A program made the translations under genes and the position numbers. This document shows positions 1 to 9,760 of a stretch of DNA of 64,000 nucleotides, in pieces. The stretch's first letter is position 1. The number at the start of each line of letters is the position of its first letter. The stretch comes from Candidatus Eiseniibacteriota bacterium (GTDB lineage Bacteria > Eisenbacteria > RBG-16-71-46). Under the pieces are notes generated by a model, which was not told the DNA's origin, did no database searches, and saw only the letters and a program-made list of their open reading frames with translations. The stretch spans positions 32,001-96,000 of the forward strand of contig CAVSAC010000010.1 of assembly GCA_963725865.1 (NCBI GenBank). The letters run 5' to 3'.

Positions 1-1166
1 CCGGCCCCGGCGGCGGCCGGTTCCGCGCCGGTCGCGGGCGCGGGCGCCGCGGGCCCCGCCGCGCCGAGGTCGAGTCCGAGGTAGGTCTGGTCGGGTGATC
101 CCTCGTGGACGCGCTCCGCCCAGCGCGGCTCCGGCGTGCCGCCGCGCACGACGGTGAACGGCGGGTGCATGCCGGCGAGCGGCCGGGCGCAGGCGCCCGC
201 CACCAGCGAGAACACCGAGTCTTCGTCCGCGAAGCGCACCTCGCGCTTGGTCGGATGCACGTTCACGTCGAGCCGCGCGGGCGGCACCGTGAGCCACACC
301 GTGGCCGCCGGAAAGCGTCCCGGCGGCAGCAGGTTGCCGTAGGCCTGGCGGAGTGCCTGCGCGATCAACGGGCTCTGGATCCAGCGGCGGTTGACGAGGA
401 ACACCTGGCCGTCGCGGGTGGCGCGCGCGTGCTCGGGGAGCCCGAGCAGCGCCCGCAACCGGAGTCCGTCGCGCTCGCCCTCGGCGGCCAGCAGCTGCGC
501 CGCCAGCCGTGGACTCCACAGCGCCTGCGCGCGCTCGCGCTCGTCCGCGGCCGCCGGCCAGTCGAAGCGCGGCTTGTCGTCGACCACCATCCGGAACGCC
601 ACCGCGGGGTGCGCCAGCGCGTACGCCTCCAGCATCCGCAGCGCGGCGCGCAGCTCGCCCGCGGGCGAGTGCAGGAACTTCCGGCGCGCGGGCACGTTGA
701 AGAACAGGTCGGATACCTCCACGGTGGTGCCCCGCGCGCGGGCGGCATCGCCGCGGGTGACGACGTCGCCCGCCTCCAGGAGCAGGAACGCCGCGCCCTC
801 GGTGCCGGCGACGCGACTGGTCAGGCGCAGGCGGCTGACCGCGGCGATGCTCGGCAGCGCCTCGCCGCGAAAGCCGAGCGTGTCGAGACGGTCGAGATCC
901 TCGAACGTCGTCAGCTTGCTGGTGGCGTGCCGCTCGAGCGCGAGCTCGAGGTCGTCGGGCGCGATCCCGACGCCGTCGTCCGCGACCTGGAACTGGTGGT
1001 CGAGGGCGCGCTCGACCCGCACCTCGATCGCGCTCGCACCCGCGTCGAGCGCGTTCTCCACCAGCTCCTTGAGGGCCGCCAGCGGGCGGTCGACGACCTC
1101 CCCCGCGGCGATGCGCGAGGCGGTCTCGGGAGCGAGACGATGGATGGAACGCACGGCGGCGGACAT
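1..1166 (-). CDS. mutL: DNA mismatch repair protein MutL, N-terminal part (continues beyond the window start)
   Basis: Manual translation from ATG at 1166: MSAAVRSIHRLAPETASRIAAGEVVDRPLAALKELVENALDAGA, then RHATSKL, TLGFRGEALPSIA and DLFFNVPARRKFL, the MutL GHKL-ATPase signatures. Absent from the ORF track because its stop lies outside the window. Confidence 0.96.
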   Translation of the reverse strand, partial: MSAAVRSIHRLAPETASRIAAGEVVDRPLAALKELVENALDAGASAIEVRVERALDHQFQVADDGVGIAPDDLELALERHATSKLTTFEDLDRLDTLGFRGEALPSIAAVSRLRLTSRVAGTEGAAFLLLEAGDVVTRGDAARARGTTVEVSDLFFNVPARRKFLHSPAGELRAALRMLEAYALAHPAVAFRMVVDDKPRFDWPAAADERERAQALWSPRLAAQLLAAEGERDGLRLRALLGLPEHARATRDGQVFLVNRRWIQSPLIAQALRQAYGNLLPPGRFPAATVWLTVPPARLDVNVHPTKREVRFADEDSVFSLVAGACARPLAGMHPPFTVVRGGTPEPRWAERVHEGSPDQTYLGLDLGAAGPAAPAPATGAEPAAAGA

Positions 1167-1256
1167 GGCGAGGCAGGGTGACAGAGCCGTGGAAGGAGCG
1201 TCAAGGAACGCACGCGGAGCGCGCGCGTACTGGCACCGCGAGCGAACCGGCCGCGC

Positions 1257-2591
1257 TCAGGCGCGGTTGAGCCACCGCGCGCCGTGGGCGAGGAACGGGA
1301 TCGCGTCCTCGGGGCCGCCGAGCGTGACGCTCTCGTCGGTGATCGGCGGCGCGGGCGGCGCCTGCCCGCTCTCGTGCCACGCGTGCTCCCACAGCGCGAG
1401 CAGGCGGCGCCGCACGTGGGCGTAGCTCGCCGTCTCGCCGGCGGTGAGCATCAGCACCTCGAGATCACCGGGGCGGCAGATGCAGTCGGTGGTGCGTAGT
1501 TGGCCCGGCAGCGCGTCACACATCGCTCGCACGGCCACGGGCGCATCGACGAACGACAGGTGATGGATCGTGAAGCGCAGCCCGTCGCGGGTGTTGCGCT
1601 CCACCGCGAGGTCGAGCCGGGTGCCGAACTCGTCGCCCCCCATCCAGCCTTCGCGGCCCTCGGGCACCATCGGGAACGCCGGCGCGGACATCTCGCGGTC
1701 GCGCTCGTCCCAGGTCGTGCGCAGCTCCTCGACCATCCGTTCCCACTTCGTCCAGCCGATCGCGGGATCGATGGCGGCGGCCGCGAGCACCCCGCGACGC
1801 TGCGTGGTGCGGAACGGCCACGCGCCCCACGCCTTGCCCTCCTCCGGCCCGGTCAGGCGGCTGACGACCTGGGGCGTGTTGAGCTCGACCGCGAGGTCGA
1901 CGAGTCCCTTGAGCAGCGGATCGTCGCCGCCCACGTGCGCGACGATGTGCATCTCGTCCGAGCGCCCTGCCTGCAGCACCGCCGAGGTCGCGCCGGTGTG
2001 CACCACCAGGCTCTCGAGCACCTGCTCGAGACCGAGGCGGTCGGCCGGCGACGGGAAGTCCTCGAGCGTGGCGACCTCGATGGAACGCACGCCGCTGGGT
2101 CGCACCGGCTGCGGCGAGGTGGGCGCGTCGTCCCCGAGGTCCGGCAGCGTCTGCTCGACGATGGCGTCGAACGCCTGCCCGCCGAGCGTGGTCTCGAACG
2201 CCGCGGCGTGCAGCGCGAGCGGCGCCTCGATGCCCGGCACGTCGACGTCCTCGAGCCGCTCACCGGCGAGGAACGCACGCGGCACCGCGCACGGAGTTCC
2301 GAGCGCGAGCAGCAGCCCCTCGACCTGCGTGCGGCGCGCGCTGCGCTCGCTCACCAGGGCGAGGTCGAAGATCTCGCGCGTGAGATCGGCGAGGTCCACG
2401 GTGCGCGGCAGGCCGCACAGCTCCGCGACCCGCAGCCCGGCGTCGTCGTTGCGTTCGCCGGCCACCAGCCGCACGGAGAGCCCCGGACGGCGGAGCAGCG
2501 CCGGCAGCAGGTCCGCGTCCTCCCAGTCGAAATCGACCAGGACGACTCGGAACGAAGAGCCTTCGCTGAAGGTGGGTGCGACCGAACTCAT
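1257..2591 (-). CDS. Hypothetical protein; possible GAF-like middle region and degenerate GGDEF-like C-terminus
   Basis: ORF 1257..2684, probable start ATG 2591 (MSSVAPTF). The C-terminal FGTRLDLAVERNTRDGLRFTI...QLRTTDCICRPGDLEVLML resembles a GGDEF fold lacking the catalytic motif. Confidence 0.6.
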   Translation of the reverse strand: MSSVAPTFSEGSSFRVVLVDFDWEDADLLPALLRRPGLSVRLVAGERNDDAGLRVAELCGLPRTVDLADLTREIFDLALVSERSARRTQVEGLLLALGTPCAVPRAFLAGERLEDVDVPGIEAPLALHAAAFETTLGGQAFDAIVEQTLPDLGDDAPTSPQPVRPSGVRSIEVATLEDFPSPADRLGLEQVLESLVVHTGATSAVLQAGRSDEMHIVAHVGGDDPLLKGLVDLAVELNTPQVVSRLTGPEEGKAWGAWPFRTTQRRGVLAAAAIDPAIGWTKWERMVEELRTTWDERDREMSAPAFPMVPEGREGWMGGDEFGTRLDLAVERNTRDGLRFTIHHLSFVDAPVAVRAMCDALPGQLRTTDCICRPGDLEVLMLTAGETASYAHVRRRLLALWEHAWHESGQAPPAPPITDESVTLGGPEDAIPFLAHGARWLNRA

Positions 2592-2754
2592 GGCATCCGA
2601 CACGGGGCCTCCCGAAAGGGAACGAGCAGGCGTCGTACCAACGGGTATCGGCCGCTCCTGGCCCGCTCTGCAGGGGGAACCCACCCCGGGGAGGCGGGCG
2701 CCGGCGTGCGTTTCGCACGCCGGCGCCCCCCGTCGCGGGCGTCCTGCGATGGCC

Positions 2755-5754
2755 TCAGCCGCCGTGGCCCGGCGGTGGCTTGGGCAGCGCCACGTCGCGC
2801 AGCCGCGCGTCCAGGATGCGAACCGGGAAGCGCTGCCGGAGCCCGTCGAAATAGCCCCGCAACGCCGTATCCGTCGCGGCCCGGACGTCGTTCTGGACCC
2901 GGGCGTCGAGTTGGGCCGGCAGCGGCCCCACCCGCTGGACCAGCCGCACGCGGCCGAGGCCGCTCGGGAACTCCATCCAGCCCGTCACGCCCCCGGGCGG
3001 GATCGCCGGCGGCGAGTGCTCGCCGCCAAAGAACAGCGAATCGAGCTCGGACGGGACGCGGCCGAGTCCCCGCACCACGCCCGCGCGCTGGAGCTCGGGA
3101 GTGGACTCGAGGCCGCCGAACAGGGTGCCGAGGCTGTCGATCGACCAGCCCGCGGCCATCATGGAATCGAGCTCCGCGCACTTGGTGACCAACACCCGCC
3201 GCGCCGCGCCGCCCCGGTACTCCAGCAGCGCCTTGCTGCGCGCCAGGTCCCACGACGGCGCCTCGGGGGGCAGGATGGTGTCCACCCAAGTGATGCCGAA
3301 TCCGAACCCCCTCACCGGGTGAATGGTGGGATAGAGCTCGCCCGGCTTCATGCGCTCGAGCGTGTGGATGTACTCGACCTCGTCGGGGATCAGCACCGGC
3401 TCGCCCATGCGGATGCGCATCGGGATCAGCATGAAGCCGGTGCGATTCACGAGGGCCTTCGCCTGGGCCGTGGTGCGGACGTGCGCCAGCAGACTGTCCG
3501 CTCGCGCCAGCGCGATGCGCTCGGCCTTCGCGCGAGCCGCGTCGGAGGCGACGTTCACGTACACGTGCGTGAGCGGCTCCGCGTCCGCCGACAAGTGCTC
3601 GACGCACTGGATGACGTGCCAGCCGACCTCGCTGCGGACCGGATCGCTGATCTGCCCCGCCTGCATCGCGAACGCCGCCCGCTCGAACGCGTCGAGCATC
3701 ACGCCGCGCGTGAAGGGCCCCAGGTCGCCGCCGTTGTCCTTGGTGGCCGTGTCGTCGGAGTACTGCTTGGCGAGGCTGCCGAAGGACTCGCCCGCGCGCG
3801 CGCGTCCCACCAGCTCGAGCGCGCGCTGGCGCGCCGCCTCCACCGCCTCCGGGCTCGCGTCCTTCGGACTGATCAGGATGTGGCGCGCCGTGACCTGCTC
3901 GCTGGCCGCGTAGTCGTCGAAGTGGTCCTGCCGCCAGCGCTCCACCTCCTCGTGGGTGAGCGGCACGTCGATCAGGGCGGGGTACGGCACGACGAGCCGC
4001 GACACCATCATCGTGTTGCCGGTGGCGAAGTGCTGCGGGTCCCGGTCGTAGAGCGCCTTCGCCCCGGCCTCGTCCTGCGCGTCCTGTCGCGCGGCCAGGC
4101 GGGTCGCGAGCCGGGCGCGGGCCTGCTCGAAGGTCGGGTCGACGCGCGCGCTGATCTCCATCACCTGCCACACCATGCGGCCGCCGGGATAGGCACCGTA
4201 CCCGGCGCCCGTCCGCAGCGCGGCCCGCGCCAGCGAGTCACCGAGCGCGGCGGCGGCGGCGCCCGTGTCGGCCGGGGCTCCGACCGGGACCGGGCCCACG
4301 GTGCGCAGCGTGGTCGCCAGCTTCTCCGCCGCCCCGTCGCGGCGATTCGTCGACCAGGCGCGATACACGCGCTCGGCCGCGGTCCGCGCGGCCTCGATGC
4401 GCTGCTCGCGCATCCAGCGCAGGCGGATCTCGTCGCGCACCTCAGACAGGCTGCGCGCCACCACCGCCCCCTGGGCGCGGTCGAACGACGAGTAGTCCGC
4501 GAGATGGCCGCGGTAGAATCGATCGAGATCGGCCGCCGACGGCGGCGGGATCACGACGCGCGCGGTGTCGAAGAGCGCGTAGCGCAGCGTCAGCCCGGGA
4601 CCCGCGAGGCTGTCACGCTCGGACGCGTACATCTCGTGGAGACGGCGCTCCTTGCCGAAGTCGCGGGCATCACGGCGCAGGCGCGAGCGGATGTCCTTCG
4701 CCACCTCGGTCAGGGCGGCGAGCCGGCTCGGCGCGTGCTCCTCGACGCGTCCCACCAGCCAGCCAGGATGCGCGCGCACCGGTTGCGCCAGCAGCTGGCC
4801 GACCGGAGTCGTGAACACCGCGGCGTTGGTCTTGGCATCTCCCGCCCAGAAGCCGGGGAACGAGTTCGGCGTGACCACCACGTCGCGGCGCACGCCCCCC
4901 AGCAGCGCGCCGATCGAGTCGATCGAGCCGCCGGCGCGCAGTGCGGCGAGCACGCTGTCGGCTCGCGGGCGCAGCCCCTCCTCCCACGCGTGCACCGTGG
5001 CCGGGTCGGCGGCCAGGCTCTCGGCGAGCGCCGGGCGGTCCACGAACACCACCGTCATGCGCACGCGCTCGGGGCGGCGGAACTCGTCGGGATGGCCGTG
5101 GTAGTAGTCGAGCACCTCGGACTCGCGCGGCTCGTCGTACGTACCCGCGAAGTCGGCGAAGCGCAGCGCCAGCGCGTCCACGGTGGCGTGCTGCAGCTCG
5201 CGCTCGGCGCGCGCGCGCAGCGGCGCGGCGTCGACCGCGTGCTCCCGCTCGAGCCGCTGGCTCAGCTTCATCGCGCCGAGCTGGGTGCGGATCTGCTGGA
5301 CCGCCTGCGCCCAGCGCAGCGGGTCCTGCACCTTCACCGCCTGCAACCGCGCCTCGCTGAAGTGGCCGTTCTCCTGGAAGAACGGGTTCTTGCGCAGCTC
5401 GGTCTCGGCCTCGGCCTCGGTGCCGCTGAGCTTGAGGCGGCCGGCCTCCAGCATCAGCAGGCGGCTACGAATGAGGTTCTCGAGCATCTGGCGCTCGACC
5501 ATCGGGCGGAACTCGGCCGGGATGTCGCTGCCGAGCCGCTGGCGGTAGTCGACGAGCGCCTGCTGAAGGCTCATGTCGAGCTCGGCGCGCGCGATCCGCA
5601 GCGTACCGACCGTCGCGATCGCCGGGGAGGGTGCGGGGGCGGCGGCCGGCGGCGACGCCGCGCGCGGCGCGGGACTCTGTGCGGCGGCCCACGCGGCCAG
5701 GAGGGTGGATCCGAAGACCAGGACCGAACTGCGCGCGATGCTTCTCACGCTCAC
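2755..5754 (-). CDS. Large exported parvulin-type peptidyl-prolyl isomerase/chaperone (SurA/PpiD-like)
   Basis: GTG start at 5754 after a GAGAGGAG RBS; signal peptide; SurA-N-like region; intact rotamase domain VTARHILIS...FGSLAKQYSDD...NGGDLG...GQISDPVRSEVGWHVI. Confidence 0.85.
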   Translation of the reverse strand: MSVRSIARSSVLVFGSTLLAAWAAAQSPAPRAASPPAAAPAPSPAIATVGTLRIARAELDMSLQQALVDYRQRLGSDIPAEFRPMVERQMLENLIRSRLLMLEAGRLKLSGTEAEAETELRKNPFFQENGHFSEARLQAVKVQDPLRWAQAVQQIRTQLGAMKLSQRLEREHAVDAAPLRARAERELQHATVDALALRFADFAGTYDEPRESEVLDYYHGHPDEFRRPERVRMTVVFVDRPALAESLAADPATVHAWEEGLRPRADSVLAALRAGGSIDSIGALLGGVRRDVVVTPNSFPGFWAGDAKTNAAVFTTPVGQLLAQPVRAHPGWLVGRVEEHAPSRLAALTEVAKDIRSRLRRDARDFGKERRLHEMYASERDSLAGPGLTLRYALFDTARVVIPPPSAADLDRFYRGHLADYSSFDRAQGAVVARSLSEVRDEIRLRWMREQRIEAARTAAERVYRAWSTNRRDGAAEKLATTLRTVGPVPVGAPADTGAAAAALGDSLARAALRTGAGYGAYPGGRMVWQVMEISARVDPTFEQARARLATRLAARQDAQDEAGAKALYDRDPQHFATGNTMMVSRLVVPYPALIDVPLTHEEVERWRQDHFDDYAASEQVTARHILISPKDASPEAVEAARQRALELVGRARAGESFGSLAKQYSDDTATKDNGGDLGPFTRGVMLDAFERAAFAMQAGQISDPVRSEVGWHVIQCVEHLSADAEPLTHVYVNVASDAARAKAERIALARADSLLAHVRTTAQAKALVNRTGFMLIPMRIRMGEPVLIPDEVEYIHTLERMKPGELYPTIHPVRGFGFGITWVDTILPPEAPSWDLARSKALLEYRGGAARRVLVTKCAELDSMMAAGWSIDSLGTLFGGLESTPELQRAGVVRGLGRVPSELDSLFFGGEHSPPAIPPGGVTGWMEFPSGLGRVRLVQRVGPLPAQLDARVQNDVRAATDTALRGYFDGLRQRFPVRILDARLRDVALPKPPPGHGG

Positions 5755-5776
5755 GTGTCTCCTCTCGCCGGCTGGC

Positions 5777-5805
5777 TTGACGCTGTGCGGGTCGTTCACT
5801 AGGTT
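5777..5805 (+). promoter_or_regulatory. Sigma70-type promoter for pgeF (probably leaderless)
   Basis: TTGACG-N17-TAGGTT; ATG 9 nt downstream; no SD. Confidence 0.6.
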
Positions 5806-5814
5806 GCGCCCTCG

Positions 5815-6564
5815 ATGTGGACGCTCGACGCTTCCGTCTCGCCGCCCCACTGGCGCCTCGTCGCGCCGGGGGACGCCCTGCTCGCCTTCTCCACTCGTCG
5901 CGGCGGGCTCAGCGATCCGCCGTTCGACTCCCTGAACCTCGGCCGCTCGACGCTCGATGACGCCGCCGCCGTCGCCGAGAACCGGCGCCGGATGCTGGCC
6001 GCGCTCGGGCTCGCTCCCGCGGCGCTCGCGACCGCCGGCCAGGTGCACGGCACCGCGGTCGCCCGCGTCACCGGACCCGGCCACACCCCGGACTGCGATG
6101 CGCTGGTGACCACCGCACGCGGCGTCGCGCTCGCGGTCACCATCGCCGACTGCCTGCCCCTGCTCTTCCACGCGCCCGGCGCGGTGTGCGCGGCCCACGC
6201 CGGCTGGCGTGGCATCGCCGCCGGCATGCCGCGCGCCGCGCTCGACGCGATGTGCGAGGCGGCCGGCTGCGCGGCGGCCCGGGTCACCGTGCACCTGGGT
6301 CCCTGCATCCGGTCGTGCTGCTACGAAGTCCGTGAAGACGTGCTGTCCCAGTTTCCGCCGGAGTTCGCGGAACGGCGCGCGGGCCGCTGGCACCTCGACC
6401 TACCGGCCGCCGCGCGCGCCGTCCTCGGCGCCGCGGGACTGCCCGAGCCGTGCATCGTGGACACCGGTGTGTGCACCGCCTGCGAACCCTACTGGTACTA
6501 CTCCCATCGTCGCGATCAGGGACGCACCGGTCGCCTGTGGGCGGTGGCGGCGTTGCGGGACTGA
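5815..6564 (+). CDS. pgeF: PgeF/YfiH family (laccase-domain / purine nucleoside phosphorylase-like) protein
   Basis: STRRGG, SLNLG, QVHG, DALVT, ADCLP, AHAGWRG, GPCIRSCCYEV, CTAC and YSHRR motifs. Confidence 0.92.
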   Translation: MWTLDASVSPPHWRLVAPGDALLAFSTRRGGLSDPPFDSLNLGRSTLDDAAAVAENRRRMLAALGLAPAALATAGQVHGTAVARVTGPGHTPDCDALVTTARGVALAVTIADCLPLLFHAPGAVCAAHAGWRGIAAGMPRAALDAMCEAAGCAAARVTVHLGPCIRSCCYEVREDVLSQFPPEFAERRAGRWHLDLPAAARAVLGAAGLPEPCIVDTGVCTACEPYWYYSHRRDQGRTGRLWAVAALRD

Positions 6565-6608
6565 CGCGCGGCGAAACGGGTGCGGAGTATAGCAACTCCG
6601 CGCGCGCC

Positions 6609-6637
6609 TTGCTCCCCGGGCGCCGCCCCCCTAGACT
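6609..6637 (+). promoter_or_regulatory. Sigma70-type promoter for the cyclophilin gene
   Basis: TTGCTC-N17-TAGACT upstream of an AAGGAGG RBS. Confidence 0.5.
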
Positions 6638-6683
6638 CCCCGGCCGTCTCCCCGTGGTCATCCACATCCCCAAGGAGGACGTG

Positions 6684-7337
6684 ATGCGTCGAACGCTGTT
6701 GGGCCTCGCCGCCGTGATGCTGCTCGCCGCGCCCACTCTGGCCGTCAGCGCGGACAGCCCGGCTCCGAAGGCCGCACCCGCCAAGCCCGCCGCCACCGGC
6801 CCACAGGCGGTGGTGCTCCAGACGGTGCTGGGCGACATCGTCATCAAGCTCGCCGACGTCGAGGCGCCCAAGACCAGCGCGAACTTCCGCAAGCTGGTCG
6901 GCCAGGGCTTCTACGACGGGACCAGCTTCCACCGCGTGATCCCGGGCTTCATGATCCAGGGAGGCGATCCCAACTCGAAGGACGCCGACCCCGCGAACGA
7001 TGGGATGGGCGGACCCGGCTACACGGTGCCAGCCGAGATCAAGCTGCCGCACATCCGCGGCGCGGTCGCGACCGCGCGGCTCGGTGACGGCGGGAACCCC
7101 ACGCGCGCCTCGAGCGGCTCGCAGTTCTTCATCGACGTGGCGCCGCAGGCCTCGCTCGACCGCGGCGGGTACACCGTGTTCGGGCAGGTGATCGCCGGAC
7201 TGGACGTGGTCGACAAGATCGTGGCGCTGGCCTCCGACCCCTCGCTGCCGTCCGCCAACGGCGGCGGTCGCAATCCCGGCAAGAAGGCGCTCATCAAGAA
7301 GGCGGTGCTGGCGCCGCTCAGCCAGTACCAGAAGTAG
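6684..7337 (+). CDS. Exported cyclophilin-type peptidyl-prolyl isomerase
   Basis: AAGGAGG RBS then GTG/ATG at 6681/6684; signal peptide; FYDGTSFHRVIPGFMIQGGD, SGSQFFI and YTVFGQV motifs. Confidence 0.93.
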   Translation: MRRTLLGLAAVMLLAAPTLAVSADSPAPKAAPAKPAATGPQAVVLQTVLGDIVIKLADVEAPKTSANFRKLVGQGFYDGTSFHRVIPGFMIQGGDPNSKDADPANDGMGGPGYTVPAEIKLPHIRGAVATARLGDGGNPTRASSGSQFFIDVAPQASLDRGGYTVFGQVIAGLDVVDKIVALASDPSLPSANGGGRNPGKKALIKKAVLAPLSQYQK

Positions 7338-7355
7338 CCGCATCCGCGAACGTCG

Positions 7356-7389
7356 ACCGGAGGCCACGACCAGCGTCGTGGCCTCCGGT
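7356..7389. terminator. Hairpin between convergent genes (likely bidirectional terminator)
   Basis: Perfect 15-bp inverted repeat ACCGGAGGCCACGAC-cagc-GTCGTGGCCTCCGGT. Confidence 0.65.
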
Positions 7390-7400
7390 GTCTCCGGCGG

Positions 7401-7826
7401 TCAGCCCCGCGGCGCGAGCGGGTTGAATCCCAGGTCCGGCCGCGCGTGGCGGCGGATCGGGTCGGGATCGGTGACCACGTGGATCTCGCACGTCACGGTC
7501 ACCGTCCCGCGGAACAGGTGTCCGCCGTGGGCGGCGAAGTCCTCGCCGCCGAGCGTGACGTGGCAGTGCGGGAACCCCTCGCCCTCGAGCTCGCTGAAGT
7601 TGCCGGTGAGCGCCACGATCTCCCACTCGCCGGCGAACGAGCGCCGGATGTACTCGCGGCTCCCGCGCACGAAGTAGCCCAGCTCGACGTCGCCCGCCGC
7701 CCCGATCCCCGAGATCGTCCCGGCCCGCACGTTCTCGCTCGCCGCGAAGGCCTTGAGCGTGGAGACGATCTCGTCGCCGGGGTCGAGCCGCAGGACGTAG
7801 CCGTAGCGCGTGCGGCGATGCTCCAT
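7401..7826 (-). CDS. PPC-domain (DUF296) protein
   Basis: LRLDPGDEIV, SGIGA, EIVALTGN, HCHVTL and GGHLF motifs. Confidence 0.88.
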   Translation of the reverse strand: MEHRRTRYGYVLRLDPGDEIVSTLKAFAASENVRAGTISGIGAAGDVELGYFVRGSREYIRRSFAGEWEIVALTGNFSELEGEGFPHCHVTLGGEDFAAHGGHLFRGTVTVTCEIHVVTDPDPIRRHARPDLGFNPLAPRG

Positions 7827-9743
7827 TCAATCCTCCAGGCGCGACAGGCCGAGCCGCGCGGTCCAGGCGAAGAACCGTTCGATCGCATCCGGAGCGGCCA
7901 CGCCGCTCTCGATCCACACCAACACCGCGATCTGGCCCAGCGTACGCTCTCCGTCGGCGGCGTACCACGCCAGCTCGAACGTGGTCTCGCCCCCGGGCGC
8001 GGCCAGGTCCTCGGCCCGCCGCTGCTCGCGCTCCGCCGCCGTCTGATCGCGCCAGCCGGGCAGCACGTGACGCATCGTCTCGAGCGGGGCGCCGTGCAGC
8101 CGCACCGGCCGCGCGGTGCGCCGCGTGACGCCACCCTCGGCGGTGAGCGCGGCGGGCAGCTCGCCCTGCGGCGGCAGACCCTCGCGGCCGGCGAACTCGC
8201 CGAGCGTGCGGATCGCGGTGACCACCTCGGACTCCGGCAGCCCGAACCGCGCGAGGCTCGCCAGCGCCGCGTGAGCGCCCAGTCGCTCGCGCGCGACGCG
8301 GCGGCCCGCATCGGTCGCCTCGGCCGCCGCCAGCAGCCGCCGGCGCGCGTTGCGCCCCACCAGCCCCAGCAGCCAGCGCACCTCGTCGTCCGCCGCGGCC
8401 GCCACGAACGCCGCGTAGGTCGCGGCACAGCGCGCGCTCAGCGCGAGCGAGCGCGGATCGCAGCGCTCGGGCGTGTCGAGCGAGGAGTGGTAGTAGCGGT
8501 CCGGCCACTGGATCAGCAGCGGACACGGCACGTCGATCGCGGGATCGATGAACACTGCGTGGTCGCTGCCGCCCGAATACGGCACCTCGGCCATGCGGGT
8601 GCGCGGCACGTAGCCGGGGCCGCTGTACGAGTGGACCCAGTCCACCGCCTCCTCGCGGATGCGTCCCAGCAGCGGCTCGGCGAACGACGCGGCGAAGCAC
8701 GGCGGATGCTCCAGCAGGAACGTGCTGCCGACCGCCTCCTGGTCGGCCCCCACCATGTCGAGGTTGAGCGCCGCGACCACCTGCCGCGCTCGCCCGGGAT
8801 CGCGACCCAGCCAGGCGAACGTGCCGGTCAGCTCGGGCACCCACAGGAACCGCACGCTGCGCGAACGGGCGGCCGGGAGCACGCCCGCGCGCCGCAGCGC
8901 CAGCAGCGCGCGCAGCGACTCGAGCGCGGCCGCCGCGCCCGAGGCGTTGTCGTTCGCGGAGGGTCGCGGGTGGCAGAGGTGCGCGAGCACCACCACCTCG
9001 CCCGCCCGCTCCCCGGGCACCACGGCGGAGACCAGCGGGATCGCGGTCGCGAACGCCCGCGAGCGCACCAGCACCTCCACCTCCAGTTGCGCGCCAGCGC
9101 GCAACCGCTCGCGCAGGGCCCGCGCAACCCGCGGGCTGAGCGCGAAGCCCCAGCCGCGCGGCTGGTCGCCCGCCCACCAGAACGACGTGTACGCGATCGC
9201 GTCCAGATCGGTGTCGGGCCCGCGCACCGGGTCCACCAGCCGCCGCGTGTCGGTCAGGATCCCGGCCGCGCCGTGCTGCTCGACCGCCAGCGCGTGCACG
9301 CGCATCGCGGGCCCCGACGCCAGCACCACGGCCCCGCTCACCGGGCGGCCGACGTAGTGCGCGGGCTCGGTCCCCTCGCCCACGTCGACGATCGCGAAGC
9401 GCCCTTCGGCCGGCGCGCTGCGCTGGATCAGCGACAGCGGCTCCTCGGACCAGTCGGCCACCGGCTCCCGGCGGCCACCGTCGATCACGACGGCGCGCGC
9501 CTGGTCGCACCACCAGCCCTCGGGCATCATCGCGCCCAGGTAGCGCGTGCGGCCGTCGCCGGTCACCGCCTCGACCTCGGGCTCGACACCGAGTGCACGC
9601 AGCGAGCCCCTCAACCACTCCGCCGCCTCGTCGTAGCCCGGGCTCGCCTGAATGCGATGGAAGCGCGCGATCGCGCGGACGTCGGCGAGCGCGCGGGCGC
9701 CGTCGACCTGCCGGCGGACGGCTTCGAGCAGCGGTCGGAACAT
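7827..9743 (-). CDS. DUF4910/M28-family aminopeptidase-like protein
   Basis: Start ATG 9743 (MFRPLLEAV). HRIQASPG, HLCHPRPSANDNASG, WVPE, LNLDMVG, GGSDH and YYHSSLD metal-binding motifs. Confidence 0.82.
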   Translation of the reverse strand: MFRPLLEAVRRQVDGARALADVRAIARFHRIQASPGYDEAAEWLRGSLRALGVEPEVEAVTGDGRTRYLGAMMPEGWWCDQARAVVIDGGRREPVADWSEEPLSLIQRSAPAEGRFAIVDVGEGTEPAHYVGRPVSGAVVLASGPAMRVHALAVEQHGAAGILTDTRRLVDPVRGPDTDLDAIAYTSFWWAGDQPRGWGFALSPRVARALRERLRAGAQLEVEVLVRSRAFATAIPLVSAVVPGERAGEVVVLAHLCHPRPSANDNASGAAAALESLRALLALRRAGVLPAARSRSVRFLWVPELTGTFAWLGRDPGRARQVVAALNLDMVGADQEAVGSTFLLEHPPCFAASFAEPLLGRIREEAVDWVHSYSGPGYVPRTRMAEVPYSGGSDHAVFIDPAIDVPCPLLIQWPDRYYHSSLDTPERCDPRSLALSARCAATYAAFVAAAADDEVRWLLGLVGRNARRRLLAAAEATDAGRRVARERLGAHAALASLARFGLPESEVVTAIRTLGEFAGREGLPPQGELPAALTAEGGVTRRTARPVRLHGAPLETMRHVLPGWRDQTAAEREQRRAEDLAAPGGETTFELAWYAADGERTLGQIAVLVWIESGVAAPDAIERFFAWTARLGLSRLED

Positions 9744-9760
9744 GGGGAGTCGTCCCTTCG

